Part shown: piece after piece, positions 23,970 through 37,160 of the stretch
Position numbering within the stretch: the stretch's first letter is position 1
Layout: each line of letters starts with the position of its first letter
DNA from: Ramazzottius varieornatus
Lineage: Eukaryota; Animalia; Tardigrada
Length of the DNA: 64,000 nt
Direction: 5' to 3'
Assembly (NCBI GenBank): GCA_001949185.1
Contig: BDGG01000002.1
Span: 2,415,826 to 2,479,825 of the forward strand
The notes under the pieces: model-generated
Database searches by the model: none
What the model saw: the letters and a program-made list of their open reading frames with translations, nothing else
Told to the model about the DNA's origin: nothing
Program-made: the position numbers and the translations under genes

Positions 23970-25578
23970 TTATTGTTTCTTGCCAGTGGTATTTTCATCG
24001 GTATCCATTTCGACGTCATCTGAAGAGGCAAAAATGTTCAGCTAACATTTCTCAAGGGTCAAAAAGCCAAAAAGGACGATATGAACTTACTTTGTTCGCT
24101 GAGTTCGTTTAGAGACATCTGCATGGCATAAGCCAGTTGTTCCTCCTCCGTCATCGAGTTGAAGTTGACTTCAGGAGCATCTGCGCTTGGTTGACTTGAA
24201 GTGACTGGAGCCTCTTGCGCCACGTTGGCAAAGACACTCGGGGCAGGTGCTGCGGACGGCTGCGATCCTTCGCCGGACCCCGCAGGCACTTCCGAAGGAC
24301 CCGTTGTGGCTGGGCGGACTTCAGATTCTTGACGAGCCCGTTGTTCCTCCATAGAAACTCGTAAAGCCTGAAAAGTTATAGGGATACATCAGTTCTACTA
24401 GGTAGCGTAACAACAGCCCTTCATGACTCGCGAAACGCGCCAGTGAATCAGGGTCGATTAACAATTCAACATGGCGCAGTATGATGGTGTTTGAGTGGTG
24501 AAATCAAATCAAATCAAGCTACGAATTAATCCAACCTACCAAAGCCAACTCAGGATCGTCGTTGGGATCCATTCCGAACTCGAAGCCTGGAGCACCCATG
24601 TTAACGCCACCAGCTCCGTCTTCACCTTGGATTACAGCAGAGTTCCTCAAGGCATCAGTCAGTTGCGGACCGGGAGGGATGGAGACGAGATGGGAGCCTG
24701 AACCGTCCTTGCCATTCAGTGTGTTGATGAACTGCGACATCTTGTCGTGACTATCTTCTTCCTGTCCGAAAAGAACCACGTCCACGTTGACCTTTTCTTT
24801 CTTGAGCTTTTTCGCGATCCTTATGAGCTGCATAAGCCAAAGACAGAGTAAGCACTCTGCATAATCCGACGCAAGTTCCATGTCTTGCGCATACTGGCGA
24901 GTGGCGAGGCTCCACCACTGCAGTCTTATGGTGGCTCGATTCTCAGGCGAAACAAAATTAATCAAATCAAGAAAATGAATTTTTGGAATTTTTCTTCTTT
25001 ACCTCTTTCTCATCCTCTGCCACGGGACTTCCAATAAAAGCAACAATCCGCATCTTGTGGTTTCGTCCTTGCCGATGTTTCAAGGCCAGCTACATAAAGC
25101 ACATAAAACACAATGAATAGATGGGCTGAGCGGAAGAACAGTTGAGTAAATGTACATGAGCAACACGAATTCCAGTCTCGAAGTTGATCATTCCTTGTGG
25201 CTGGACTTGGTGGAGATTCGCCAAGATCTTCCCGACTTCCGTCGTGAGCGTTACGATCACTCGGCCACTACAAAGAGAGTCAGCGTCAACTCCTATAAGA
25301 GAATGAATCGATAGCTCAGTAAGTAGATTCACTTGTTGAAGGTGACAAGGCCAACGTTGTTCTCGGGATTTGCCCGAGTCTTGGCGCTACAGATTAAGTT
25401 GACGGCATCATTCTGAGCATGAAGACGTGTAGGAACGTAGTCACCATTGCGCATATATTCGCTGTTGTCCACACTATTAAAGGAGAAAAAGTCAAGAAGG
25501 AATCCATCTTTATCGAAATAAAAGTGACGAAAGCTCGAGGTTGAAGACTAACCAGACGATCGTGCTTTCCAGAACCAT
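23970..25578 (-). CDS. PSMD4: 26S proteasome non-ATPase regulatory subunit 4 (Rpn10/S5a)
   Basis: [50 protein letters not shown], UIMs [14 protein letters not shown] and [13 protein letters not shown]. Confidence 0.96.
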
Positions 25579-25804
25579 CTTGAGACTGGCGCTGCCCTTT
25601 GTCCTCAAAGACGCAGATGAGTTCTATGTATGGTGGAGGAGCGATATCTTGGGGATCGAGAATCGAGAACCACAAACTTGAAGCACAAGAAACTGGAAAG
25701 ATAGGAATGTTAACAAACGGATTAAGGGCCTTTGGAGTCACTTTGAACTTTCGGAGGTTCATTCACAACATTAGACTCCCACTCGCATCACCGTGCTCAT
25801 TATA

Positions 25805-26072
25805 CAGACATTAAGTTGCCACCGCCAGATGAAAGTCCCACTGTAGCTAAGATGAGTTGCAACGTCACTCATAAGCGCAACAGCTGATCAGAACTTTGAA
25901 TAGTTGGGCAGCCACCATCCTTCCCAATGCTAGCTAACCGTAACTCCGATTACGCTTTTTTTTCAAAAATAAGGGGAGCTCCGGAAAGCAAAATGTACGT
26001 CGTCATGAAAGGGGCGAAGCAAGGCCGTAGCTACAGTTGCAAAGTGAACGGAAGTGGCAACTTAAATCTCTA
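25805..26072 (+). mobile_element. MITE family A, copy 2
   Basis: High similarity to 2165-2432; TA flanks. Confidence 0.88.
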
Positions 26073-26658
26073 TAATACATAATATATTGACATCAGCATG
26101 AAAACGAGCCTTCGTATATGATGAACGGTGGGCTCTCTGATGTAATAGTCCTCCTCACGACGAGCTGTTTATGTCGCAAACGGTTGATTTAAAATTTGAG
26201 TTTGCTTGATCAACGGAAACTAATCGTGAGTGAGGCAAAATTGCGGTTTTCGAAAGTCTGGGAAACGGGAGCGGAAATGCGCAAATTTTGCAGGGTAGGT
26301 TTGTAGGCAAACTTTGCCTCCTGACTAGGTTGAGATTCATGGTTTTCTTTCTGGCCAGTCTCTGTCTTTCGATATCCCCGACACTAATAAGTATCAAGGA
26401 GCCCATACGTGAAACGGTATCTAGCAACGTGAAGCACTGTGCAGACAGAGATCAGCTGAGAAATGAAAATTTGAAATTTTGAGTCAAGTGCGCAGAGAAT
26501 GATCCGTTTTCGCTTCAAGATAAGCCACTCGAGGGCTGCTTATCTTGAGAACGAAACTTCGTAATCCACTTTCAAGATCAACACAATCAACGGAGTTTTA
26601 CAGCCTGTTGTGAGGACTAATGAAGTAAGTCGACTACGTTTTCGGTTGCAGCCAGCGT

Positions 26659-27431
26659 TGGAGCACGGAATCTGGCCGCATGCGCTGCACTGTACTGCAG
26701 CTGTGCTGTGCTGCAGCACACCTTAGCACGTGAACTGACGAAATTTGTGCGGCACAGCACAGCATACAGCAGAAAGCTATAGACTACCGCGCAGATGCAC
26801 CTACCGAAACCTGACAAAAATTATAGTTTTTGGGCATTCGAACGTCAGCCGTCTCAGCTTTGCCGTACTTTAGGTCAACGTTCTCCAGGTGACTACNNNN
26901 NNNNNNNNNNNNNNNNNNNNNNNNNNNNNNNNNNNNNNNNNNNNNNNNNNNNNNNNNNNNNNNNNNNNNNNNNNNNNNNNNNNNNNNNNNNNNNNNNNNN
27001 NNNNNNNNNNNNNNNNNNNNNNNNNNNNNNNNNNNNNNNNNNNNNNNNNNNNNNNNNNNNNNNNNNNNNNNNNNNNNNNNNNNNNNNNNNNNNNNNNNNN
27101 NNNNNNNNNNNNNNNNNNNNNNNNNNNNNNNNNNNNNNNNNNNNNNNNNNNNNNNNTGTATTGAGGTGGTTTGTAATTCAGTCGGTGAAATCGGTAGTCA
27201 ACCTGGAGAACGTTGCGCCAAAGTACGGCAAAGCTGAGACGGCTGACGTTCGAATGCCCAAAAACTATAATTTTTGTGAGGTTTCGGTAGGTGCATCTGC
27301 GCGGTAGTCTACGGCTTTCTGCTGTATGTTGTACTGTGCCGAACAAATTTCGTCAGATTACGAGCTGCAGCTGTGCTGCAGCACAGCATAGCTGCAGTTC
27401 AGTGAAGCGCATACGGCCAGATTCCGTGCTC
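26659..27431. mobile_element. Foldback-like element with ~240-bp inverted repeats flanking an assembly gap
   Basis: 26659-26896 is the reverse complement of 27194-27431; N run at 26897-~27156. Confidence 0.8.
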
Positions 27432-27700
27432 TAATCTGCAGCACAGCCGCTCAGCCACTGGGCATGAAAGTTGTGCAGGACAGCGCAGCGTACAGCGCCC
27501 TGGTAATGTGCGCAGCGCAGTTACAGCGTACTTTTGGACCTGCGGCCCAGTGCACTAGCCAGCGTTTTTGGATACAAAAGTGTTGTCTCATTCACGCGAT
27601 TCACGTCAGGTCATGTCATGTCATGTCAAGACCGAATTCCTTCATTTCTCCTGCTGAAGTGCTGTTCTGTCACATTCCGAAGGACCGTCGTACGATTTTG

Positions 27701-29433
27701 ATGAGAAGCATCCTTCGCACCATGAGAGCCATCAGGGTGTCGCAGTTCGGTGGTCCGGAGGTACTGAAAGTGGAGCAGAACCTGCTCATTCCGGAGGCAA
27801 GAGATGACCAGGTGAACTTTGACCACCCATCTTCCACCCTACTCTTCTTATTCTCTTGGACGATCAGATTTGCAGCGATACAGCTCGCGTAGTTTGATCA
27901 GACCATACTTTTTTGCTTGCAGGTGGTCGTGCAGGTGAAAGCAGCAGGAGTGAACCCCATCGAGACCTACATCCGTTCGGGAGCTCATGGACCAAAGCCT
28001 ACTCCCAACTTTGCTCTCCCGTACACACCAGGCGCGGACGCTGCCGGCATCGTTACGGCCGTCGGATCTGGCATTCAGAGCTTCAAGTTAAGGAAGCCTT
28101 TTTCCGCGGGGGCAATGAACCCATTAACAAGCAAAACGCGGGAATAGACGACGCTACGAAATTTCGTTTCTCCAGATAACCTCGCGTATGACATCACAGC
28201 AGAAACGTGTTAGAATTACTGAAGATGCGCAGCTGGGTCTGTGTATCAGATAAACGTGTTTTATCTAGAATAGCTTCTTTATGCTGATTGCAGATGGGGG
28301 ATCGTGTGTTCGTCTGCGACTCCTTCGGGAGTGGCTCATACGCCGAATATATGACGGCAAGCGCTTCTAAAGTTTTCCGCTTGCCGGAAACGCTGTCTTT
28401 CAGTCAAGGTGCAGCTTTAGGCATTCCGTACTTCACCGCTCTGCGAGCTCTCCGTCACAAGTATGTTGATACCTGACTTGCTTGTCTCGACCATGACGTT
28501 GAAATACTGTACGACCTCAAGTTGGTCTTCTGTTTTGTAGAGCTCATGTGAAAGCTGGTGAGACCTTGCTGGTTCACGGAGCGAGTGGCGGTGTGGGTCT
28601 GGCTGCCTGTCAGATTGCCTCAGCTTGGGGACTGGACGTCGTGGGAACGGCTAGTACGGAAGAAGGTATGGAACTGGTCAAGAAAGCTGGAGCCAAAAGG
28701 GTGCTCAACCACAACAGGCCGCATTACTTGGACGAGCTCAAGGTAAGACTTGGAAAGTCGGTAAAATGAACTCACCGACATCTTTTCCCAAGCGGCGCAC
28801 GGTCTGTGTTACAAACAATGAAAATTTGCGCTACTTGGCAAAAACGATCGAACTCGACAAGATCGTTTTATCAAGTGGCGCACTCTCTCCGCAAATAACG
28901 ATACAGACGTGCGCCACTTGAGTTAGCGACTTGGTTGAAATCATTTGCCGGCGTCCCTGTCTGCGTGTCAGCTTCCGCTGCAACTTCAATATCTCGACTC
29001 TTTTTTCGTAGAGTGGTCCAGACTGGAAACGCTTCAACGTCATTCTCGAAATGCTGGCCAACGTGAATCTGGCCGCTGACATGGACATCGTGGCGAGAGA
29101 AGGGCGCATCGTTATCATCGGCTCAAGAGGGAAGATCGAGATCGACCCACGGGGGCTGATGAACACTGACGCCAGCGTGACTGGCATGAAATTGTGGGAC
29201 GCCACACCTGTTCAGTGGAAAGAGATGGCTAAAGACTTGGGGGAAGGCTTCGATGGCCAGTGGATCCAGCCGGTTATCGATCAGGAGTTTAGATTGGAGG
29301 ACGCACCAAAGGTATCAGACGACTAAACTTCGTCATCTGTGATCTAGCGCATGTTTTTATTTCTTTTCAGGCTCATGAAGCTGTCATGGCTCATTCCGGC
29401 GGAGCCAAGGGGAAGATTGTACTGCTGGTATAA
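27701..29433 (+). CDS. CRYZ: Zeta-crystallin-like NADPH:quinone oxidoreductase (MDR family), 6 exons (27701-27811, 27922-28087, 28294-28460, 28541-28742, 29012-29311, 29371-29433)
   Basis: [70 protein letters not shown]; intron 2 donor is non-canonical. Confidence 0.92.
28756..28954. mobile_element. MITE relic with two family-B units (28789-28837, 28872-28920) in a CRYZ intron
   Basis: Outer ends agtcggtaaaatga..tcatttgccggcgt; both spacers 25 nt. Confidence 0.75.
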
Positions 29434-30598
29434 TAAGCCTCCGAATTTGAACACGCTGCACTAACACACCTACTACAAAGTTTGACATGATGAATAATGG
29501 TGATCATTCTTCTTCCCTCTTCACATTCGATTTTCGCATCGATCCCGTCCACAGATTCTATTTGTTTTCTTGTTTTGACTTTCTATCACTAACGGTTCTG
29601 TTCTTTGTCAACTTTCCTTTCGCACACCGTTTTGCGTTTTATCCGTCTCGCCGCGGAAGGCAAGTCTTTCAGTCCTTCAGTAGCTGCATTTAAGATTAAG
29701 CCGAAAAATCTTAGAGAAGTAGGCAATTTTACATTTTGGCTGGAGGGGTCGCTCATACCTTCCCAGCTTCTCTGAACTTCTTGGCTTACCGTTGATTGCA
29801 ACTAATGGAATCAAAGTGAAGTTGGGAACCTTCGTACCGCAGAAAGGCGCAACTTTCACAATCACAACAATGTTGGTTCAGGGAATGTTTCAGATATGGG
29901 TAAATGTACAAGGCTTTCTTCCGAATAAATGGGGAATAAATAACGAGACGACACTACACACGAGCACTAAAACAAAAAAGAGATTCAAATATGGCGAGTA
30001 AACCGAGCAGTACCACCAGGGTACAAGACCAGGAACGTAACAATATAACAAGAAACTACAGATCCGAGGAACTTTAGAAAAACCGGTTGACTACCACGGG
30101 AGAGACATGAAGGCACATGGTACCATTCATACTCACCGAACGAGTACAAACCAGGGTAACACAAGAAGGAAATTTCAATAAGAAAATAAAAAAATCACAA
30201 TCCATTTACAGAAAGGGTTATCACACCAACGAGTCTTGCAATCTTCAGCTGCCTTCTTCATCTCTGCCTCAAACTTCATTCTTCCTTCATCATACTATCA
30301 TCTTTGGTCTGCAAACAACATTTGAACAGTAAAACTTTTCCCAAAGACTGAAAACTCAAAGGATTCTCTTACGCATAGATAACCAAGCAGTTTCACCATG
30401 CTGCGACGACGGGCTCCTGGTTCAGCTCTTTCAGGAAAGATGATCGTTCCAGTGGCAAGTGGAAGACCTTCTTCGGACCGGAGAAAATCTTGCGTCGGCT
30501 CTTCCTGCTTCGTGGTGACGGAGACCTGCGAACTCAGCAAGCATTATGGAATGTTCTCAAAAACATCGGAGGAAGTCACACGGATAGCAGAAGACTTC

Positions 30599-32405
30599 TT
30601 ACATTGAGCTGCTCGTGTCAGACGGACTGACGTATCCTTCATCGATATCCAACGATACCAACAGCGTCTCAGTGGTACTAGAGGAAGTTTTAACTGCCTC
30701 AACTTCACCATCGTCCGATGGCAGCGCAAACATCTACAGGAGGAATATTTTATGACTGCTGAAATCCACAGGCAAAAAAAGAACGAAACAACGTACCGCG
30801 TTTCTGGTAAAGCAGGCTTCAAGAGCTGCCACGGCATCGTCTTCGACCTTCTTCAATTTCGTCGCTCTACGAGAAAAGAGTGGTTGAGAAGGCGAGCCTT
30901 TCAGTGCATTCATCCGAAAGGTCACCTTTCTTTGTCCGCCTTTGCTGTCTTTAAAATTCCCTTCGTCGGTGTGGTTTTCAGCAAGTTCGGGATGAACTCC
31001 TGGATGAACAAGTCATCAGTCAAGCTGTTGCAAGCGGACAGCGCTATGGTGCTGTACATTTCCCGGGGCGAAGTGGACGTCCACCCTGGGAAGACCACAT
31101 CCACCCATCGGAGCTTGGCTGCGGCACGGATTTCTTCGTCTTCCTCTCCCTCAATGCTGTCCAGATATACCGGGTCGTCGATCTACAAAACAAGAGAGGA
31201 ACAGATGTGATATCCGAAATTCCAGTAAGAGTTGTTGACCTCGACAAGGCCGTGCCCAAAGCTGCCATCGACGCATGACGTCATTGCTTAACGTTAGATT
31301 ACACCGTATCAGACGTATGGCATCCACGGAAGTAATGGCGTCCGCGACAGCTCTTCCCGTCCACTAGGTCATACTTAGTACTTACCGGTCGCATATCGGT
31401 CTGATTACTGTCATCGAAACTGCTTCCATCTTCTACTCTGACTTTCTCTTCGTTGGGCTTCTCTACAGCAACAACCTGCTCTTCGACGACTGGAATAGAG
31501 GGCTGTGTCTGCAAGAAAGGAGCGGCTTCTTTGACGGAAGCTGGCGGCTGACAATAAAGCATCCCGTTGTGATAGAACGGATAAGTTGGAGGTCCTAAGA
31601 AACAAAACAGGAAAGAATGTCAGTATGAGTACAACATGTGCAGGATGTTTTCCAAGGAGCAATTCCCACAGCTTCTCCATAAGCCGGGCGAATGCCGCGC
31701 CAGCGGAGAGACCATAGTAGGTAAATTATCTACTATGGACAGACGGATATGCGCATCCTTCAGATATCCTTCAGGTAGAAAAGCCCTTTCAAAAGAGCAG
31801 GAATATTGGACCATCAATGAAAGCAAGTAAGCAATCAACCACTTGATCCATTCAAACCACCGATTTCACATCCAGATGTATCGGCAACGTCACTTGACGC
31901 ATAGCCTAACCGTGCGAAATAGCTACGTGACACACAAGAAAAACCGGTAACGGCGAAGAATCAATGAGTGCAGAAACTGGCGCCAAACCACCAAGGCAAA
32001 AAGCAGAATCACACCACGTGATAATTCCGCACTTCCTTTCATCGCATCAAACACGTGATTTGCACCAACATACGAAACAGGCGCCGATGACGAAATGGCC
32101 CACAACCAATAGAAACCAACCTCATTTCCACCAATAAGCCTGTGAAACTACCCTGGTCTCTATTCGACAGCTTAGAATTCGTCTCTAGCTTCAGAAACTC
32201 CTACCAAACTGGAGATCGACTTACTTGGGATCGGCATCAAGCTGATGGGAGGAGGAAAGTCATACGTCGCAGTGAAAGGGCAGAAGTATGGACTCCAGGC
32301 TGGGAGAGGATTCACGGGAGGATAGTACGGCTGGTACGGCCACCAGGGCTGCAGACCAGCGGCACCAAGGAATGGAGTGTACATCGGAGAGTAGTACGTG
32401 GTCAT
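30599..32405 (-). CDS. Uncharacterised spliced gene (5 predicted coding exons); Pro/Tyr/Trp-rich N-terminus, acidic low-complexity remainder
   Basis: ORF pieces join through phase-compatible GT-AG introns (MTTYYSPMY..IP|RPPTYPF..MRP|IDDPVYL..DKE|RATKL..RNA|MFALP..SSSM*); no recognisable domain. Confidence 0.6.
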
Positions 32406-33772
32406 TCTTCCAGCTACAACAGGAACGGGTGGATAGCTGGCGAGAACCCGGCTTGTAAGTAAGATACGCCGAAACAGAGTTAGGAACTACACAGATGCTT
32501 GCAGAAAGATCTTGGAGAAATCTCGCCGGTTGGGAAAGTTTAAAACAAGCCGGAAACTGACGGCTCAAAATCTCAAACCGTGCGCAAAGAAGGCTTTCGA
32601 GAGATTCAACTTATCTCCTGATTAAAAGGATGGGTGACAGGTCTGACGTAACTGACCACTGGGAAACGCAAGCCGTACTGCGTGCCATGCTTACACTCGT
32701 AAGTTGGTTTTCAAGGCTGTCATGTGTCTAACCAGGTCCTGCGTTTTATACCCACCCTCTGTTTCGAGGGGGAGTACAACCACCCTGGTACAACTCTCCC
32801 CTGGCATGGTGCTCGGCCGGATCCCAATTCCCAAAGTAAGCGACTGGCAGGGGGTGTTTACAGTTGCTTTGGAGTTCGGACTGTGGAGTGTGGACTAAAC
32901 TTCAGCGATTTTTCACTTTCAGCGATGGCCGGATGACTTACCTAGCCTACTACCAAAAATTACCCATTTGTCACGTACGGCCTGCTGTGAACCGGTCAAA
33001 AGAGGAAATTTGTCATTGGTACGCACATTCTTTCGTGCCAAACCGGAGATTCGGTGTTCGAACCCAATTTTAGCGGTTTTAACATTCTCAGGTCGCGCAG
33101 TGATTTCCGCATGCGCAACTTTATCAGAAGACGCCAGCTCCTTGAAGCATTGCGAAACATCACGTTGACTATGTTATCGAACTGACGAGTGACCACGATA
33201 TGCCAGAGCGGAAAGCCGATCAAGTGTCTCATTGGCGTTTGGTCATCTCTTCCGTCTGACAGTATTGTGGTCGAGCCGACTAGATTATTAACGCATTATT
33301 TCGTGACGTCTGGAGCAGCTGACATCAGCCGTAGTTAGGCATGCGGAGACCACTGACTGCACTGAGCGAGAGATAGCATACTGGTGCCTGATCTCGGATT
33401 GTAATTTCTATGTGTCGATCTTCTAAAGTTAGTCTTGATCGCTTCCACTTGCCAAAGCTGTTAGTACTGTATTTTTATGTTTTGTTATCCTCTGACGATC
33501 GACGAAGCCGTCGACTAGATTGTCGAGGCTCAATAAATCTATCTATCTATCTACTGCTGTACCACGTACTTCACCTGATTATTAGCATGGACAAAAAAAC
33601 TGGCAGCCGGCCGAAAGCGGATGCGGCCATATCTGTATATCTGTATGCTTGATTGGGTTGATTGCCGGTCAGGAGGTAGGCTGTATGTTGGGATGTCATT
33701 CTGTATTTTCGGTAATTCACTGGGTAAATCATCAGGCCATCGCTGCTCACAACGGAAGATCATAACGTTCCC

Positions 33773-36580
33773 ATGTCTTCCCGCCTGAATGCGATAGCAT
33801 CCTCAACGACCGACGACGATCCAAACTCCGAGAATGGTAACTGCACTCGACGATCCATGCGGCATGCAGACTTGCACGGAATTGTTCGTTGAATTTGCTG
33901 ATGCTTGCAGATGATGTTGAGTTGCCGTTTGCTCTGCATCGTTCGCGATCCCACTCCGTCGAGTACTACGAGTCGTCAGAATGGACACCCTTGCAACTTC
34001 CAACTATCCTGCGGGATGCAATGCCGCAAAAATCTGCATCTACTTTCACGACGGAATTTTCTGCAACTCTGCCTAAACCAGTGCAGCAGAATTACGCTAA
34101 AGGTATGTCTAATCAACAATCAGGCAACACTGTAATGCTGTCTGCCCTGCGCACAGCTTGCGGACACTGAATCTACCGCGCGCACTTGTGTCGTTTTCGA
34201 GTCGCGCACGTACATATAGATCGTCGCAGTTTTTAGTGTCAGTGATGTATGTGCGTTCGTGTCGCTTCTCGACTTACATGGTTTTGACTCGTGGCGTTGT
34301 TGCTCTTTTCAGCCTCATCCTTCTGTGATTACCTTATCCGTTCCTGCCGAAGGGAGCAAAAGCAGCGTGAAGATAAAGAGCGTTTGGCTGAGAAGAGCCG
34401 AAGAATCCAAACGTTCCTTTCAGTTCCTCGAGAGGTTGAAAAAGTAACAGCAATTTTTCACGCTTTCCCCTTTCCTTCGGAATTGTGGGATATAATATTT
34501 TCCTGTCCTCCAGGTGATGTCCTTAGGGACTCTGCAGTGTGCCGATGCCTTTCTGTACGTTTTCACCATCCTCCCCGTCCGTCTGCTCATAGCTTTCTAC
34601 CAGATCAACCTGTTGCTCCTGCGCCTCTTCGTCCGCTTCACGGTTGGGCGTTTTCGAAGCCACACCCGGCAGACGGTTGTGCCAACCTTCCCCACCACAA
34701 GTGCCTGCGAGATCATCAAAGGCACCATCATACTAGCGGGAGTCTGGCTCTTCACGTTTGTGGATCTCTCTGTGATGTACCACTTCTTGCGAGGCCAAGC
34801 GGTGGTCAAACTGTACATCATGTTCAACATGTTGGAAGTACGAAACAGAAGCTCCCCTACAGTTTCCATTTTCTGGTTTGGCATGTTGATCTTTTTCCAG
34901 GTCGCTGACAGGCTTTGTTCGTCTTTCGGGCAGGATATCCTAGAATCGCTCTTCTGGACGGCGTCGCCCGCGACACCGCCGAATGAGAAACGAATGACTC
35001 GGTTGGGAATTCTGCCGCAGATTATCATCACTTTGCTGTACGTCCGTAAGTCAAGGTTGTGTCCTGTTCACAATGAATGGTCGTTAGTTATCGAATTTAC
35101 GGGACTGATGTTGTCTTGTGTTATTCTAGTGGTGCATTCTCTCGTCGTGCTGATTCAAATTACGACGTTGAACATCGCTATGAACTCACAGAATCGGGCA
35201 CTGTTGGTGATCCTCCTATCCAACAACGTAAGCTAGTCGTTTTTCTAATTTTGTGTTGTTTTCCAGTTTTCATCCGGCGAGAAAGCTCGCATCCTTGTGG
35301 GGAATTTCATGTTGCTTTAAAGCTTCACAGCCTACGGAAAATCTGATTTATCTTGAATTTTCTTGATCTCTTTGCAGTTTGTGGAGATCAAAGGCAGTGT
35401 CTTTAAGAAATTCGAAAAGAAAAATCTATACCAAATTTCCTGCAGTGACGTTCGTGAGCGTTTCCAGTTCGTAATACTCTTACTAATGGTCATCATCCGC
35501 AACATGACAGAACTTGGCTGGAAAATGGGTAATAACAGTGGACGTACCCTCGTTTTGCCATAGTATTCAGTTGAGTTCTTACAGTTTACATCGCTACTCC
35601 AATCTTTCACTTGTTGCAGACAATTTCGTGGCTTGTCTGCCGGACGGTGCGCTGATCATCGCCTCCGAAGTGGTAGTCGACTGGACCAAGCACGCCTTCA
35701 TCACCAAGTTCAACGAGATTCCCATGGGCGTTTATCAAGACTACACCTACAGCTTGGCCTACGACTTCGCTACTACCCAACTCGACACAAACGTAACTTG
35801 CTTTTTGCCCACTCTTGATTTCTTTTCTTGAAATTCGAACTCTTTGTCTGTAGGCTTTTACTGACCAAAGCGACGCCGTCGTTCGGCGAATGGGCTTCGT
35901 ACCGATTCCTTTAGCTATTATCGTCATCCGAATCGTCTACCAGAGCTTCCGGTTCGATGACTGGCGAGACTGGTTACTCTTTGGCCTCGGATATGTTAGG
36001 TAGAAAAATTCTTTTAAAGATGGAACGTCGGCAAATGACTTGTCCCAGATCGTCATCTCAAGTGGCGCACGTTTTTACTGTTGCTCGCCAAGGGCGTGCG
36101 CCACTTGGGAAAACGATCTGTATGATCGTTATTTCGACTGGCGCACATTCTCATTGTGATTGGCTGAGAGCGTGAGTCACTTGGGAAAAGACCTGGATAC
36201 ATAGGTTTACCGATGTCCGAGTTATCCTGGAATATTTTTTTGGTAGTTTGCTGTCTTGCAGTTTAATGGCGACCAAGATGCTGATCAACGTTCACCTTCT
36301 TCGCTGGTGCTACAATCTGATCATGGAGCATCGAGCCAAGCACAGAGACGAGCGACGGTGTTGGAGTAATCCCGACACTCGCGCAGGCAGTGTGGTGGAC
36401 ATGGCGGACCTGCTGGAACGGGCTCGAAGTGCGCCCAACACGCCACCACCACAGCCACGTTTAGTAAGAGCTCCTTCGATTGGCCATTGTCCCTTGTTCG
36501 CTAATAGTGAACTAGATTTGACTAGTATGAACCAGAATTTGCTCGAAGCGGATAGCACGACAAAAGATAAAAATGCTTGA
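33773..36580 (+). CDS. TAPT1: Transmembrane anterior posterior transformation protein 1 (TAPT1/Emp65, DUF747)
   Basis: PREVEK, CADAFLYVFTILPVR, KLYIMFNMLEVADRLCSSFGQD, SNNFVEIKGSVFKKF, VDWTKHAFITKFN, RRMGFVPIPLA; start codon inferred. Confidence 0.95.
36025..36216. mobile_element. MITE relic with two family-B units (36059-36107, 36135-36183) in the last TAPT1 intron
   Basis: Outer acgtcggcaaatga..ggtttaccgatgt; both spacers 25 nt. Confidence 0.75.
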
Positions 36581-37160
36581 ATCTTGTGCTCTTCGATACT
36601 CCAAAGTGCCGACATTTGGCGCGGTCAATCAAAAGTTGAATGAGTTAATTGCCAATAACTGGCACTTTTAACTTTTACGTATTTATTTTAGTGTTTCATA
36701 ACTGAATGTCGTTTGTAAGTTGAACGTGAGTGGAGTTCGTTGTGGGCTGATGCGCATCGAAATTTCTTTAAGAACAAATTTGGGACCAAGACAAACAAGA
36801 TGATTTTCTCCCCCACGTGGAGCACGCTTCCAGCCGATGATACTGAGAGTCCACCTTTCTGCGTCCCGTGGTGCGGACTTCCGATATCAAATAAGCGTTG
36901 CGCATGGGAAAAGTACCATACTGCCGATATCTTGGCAACCAGAAGAACGGCAGCCGCGGTCCCCATCTTTTCCCATCAACAACAAAATTTTTGATTCTGT
37001 AATTATTTCATGAGAATTTTTAGAGAGAGAACGAAGTACTCCTTACTTACGGCAGGAGAATTGTCGATGTACTAAGTACTTGATGCTGTGCTTCTCGTTG
37101 TGTGGCACTGAATCGCTGATCTTCACAAGATTTTCCGACCGCGCTTGAACCTCTGTGGAA

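Noticed and set aside
26795-27346. ORFs with long X runs
   Set aside because: Artefacts of the assembly gap.
30868-30925. Apparent frameshift or premature stop in the orphan gene
   Set aside because: Resolved by a ~58-nt GT-AG intron.
32700-32900. Possible structured ncRNA (GGGGGAGT..ACTCTCCC hairpin)
   Set aside because: One short stem only; no recognisable tRNA, snRNA or snoRNA motifs.
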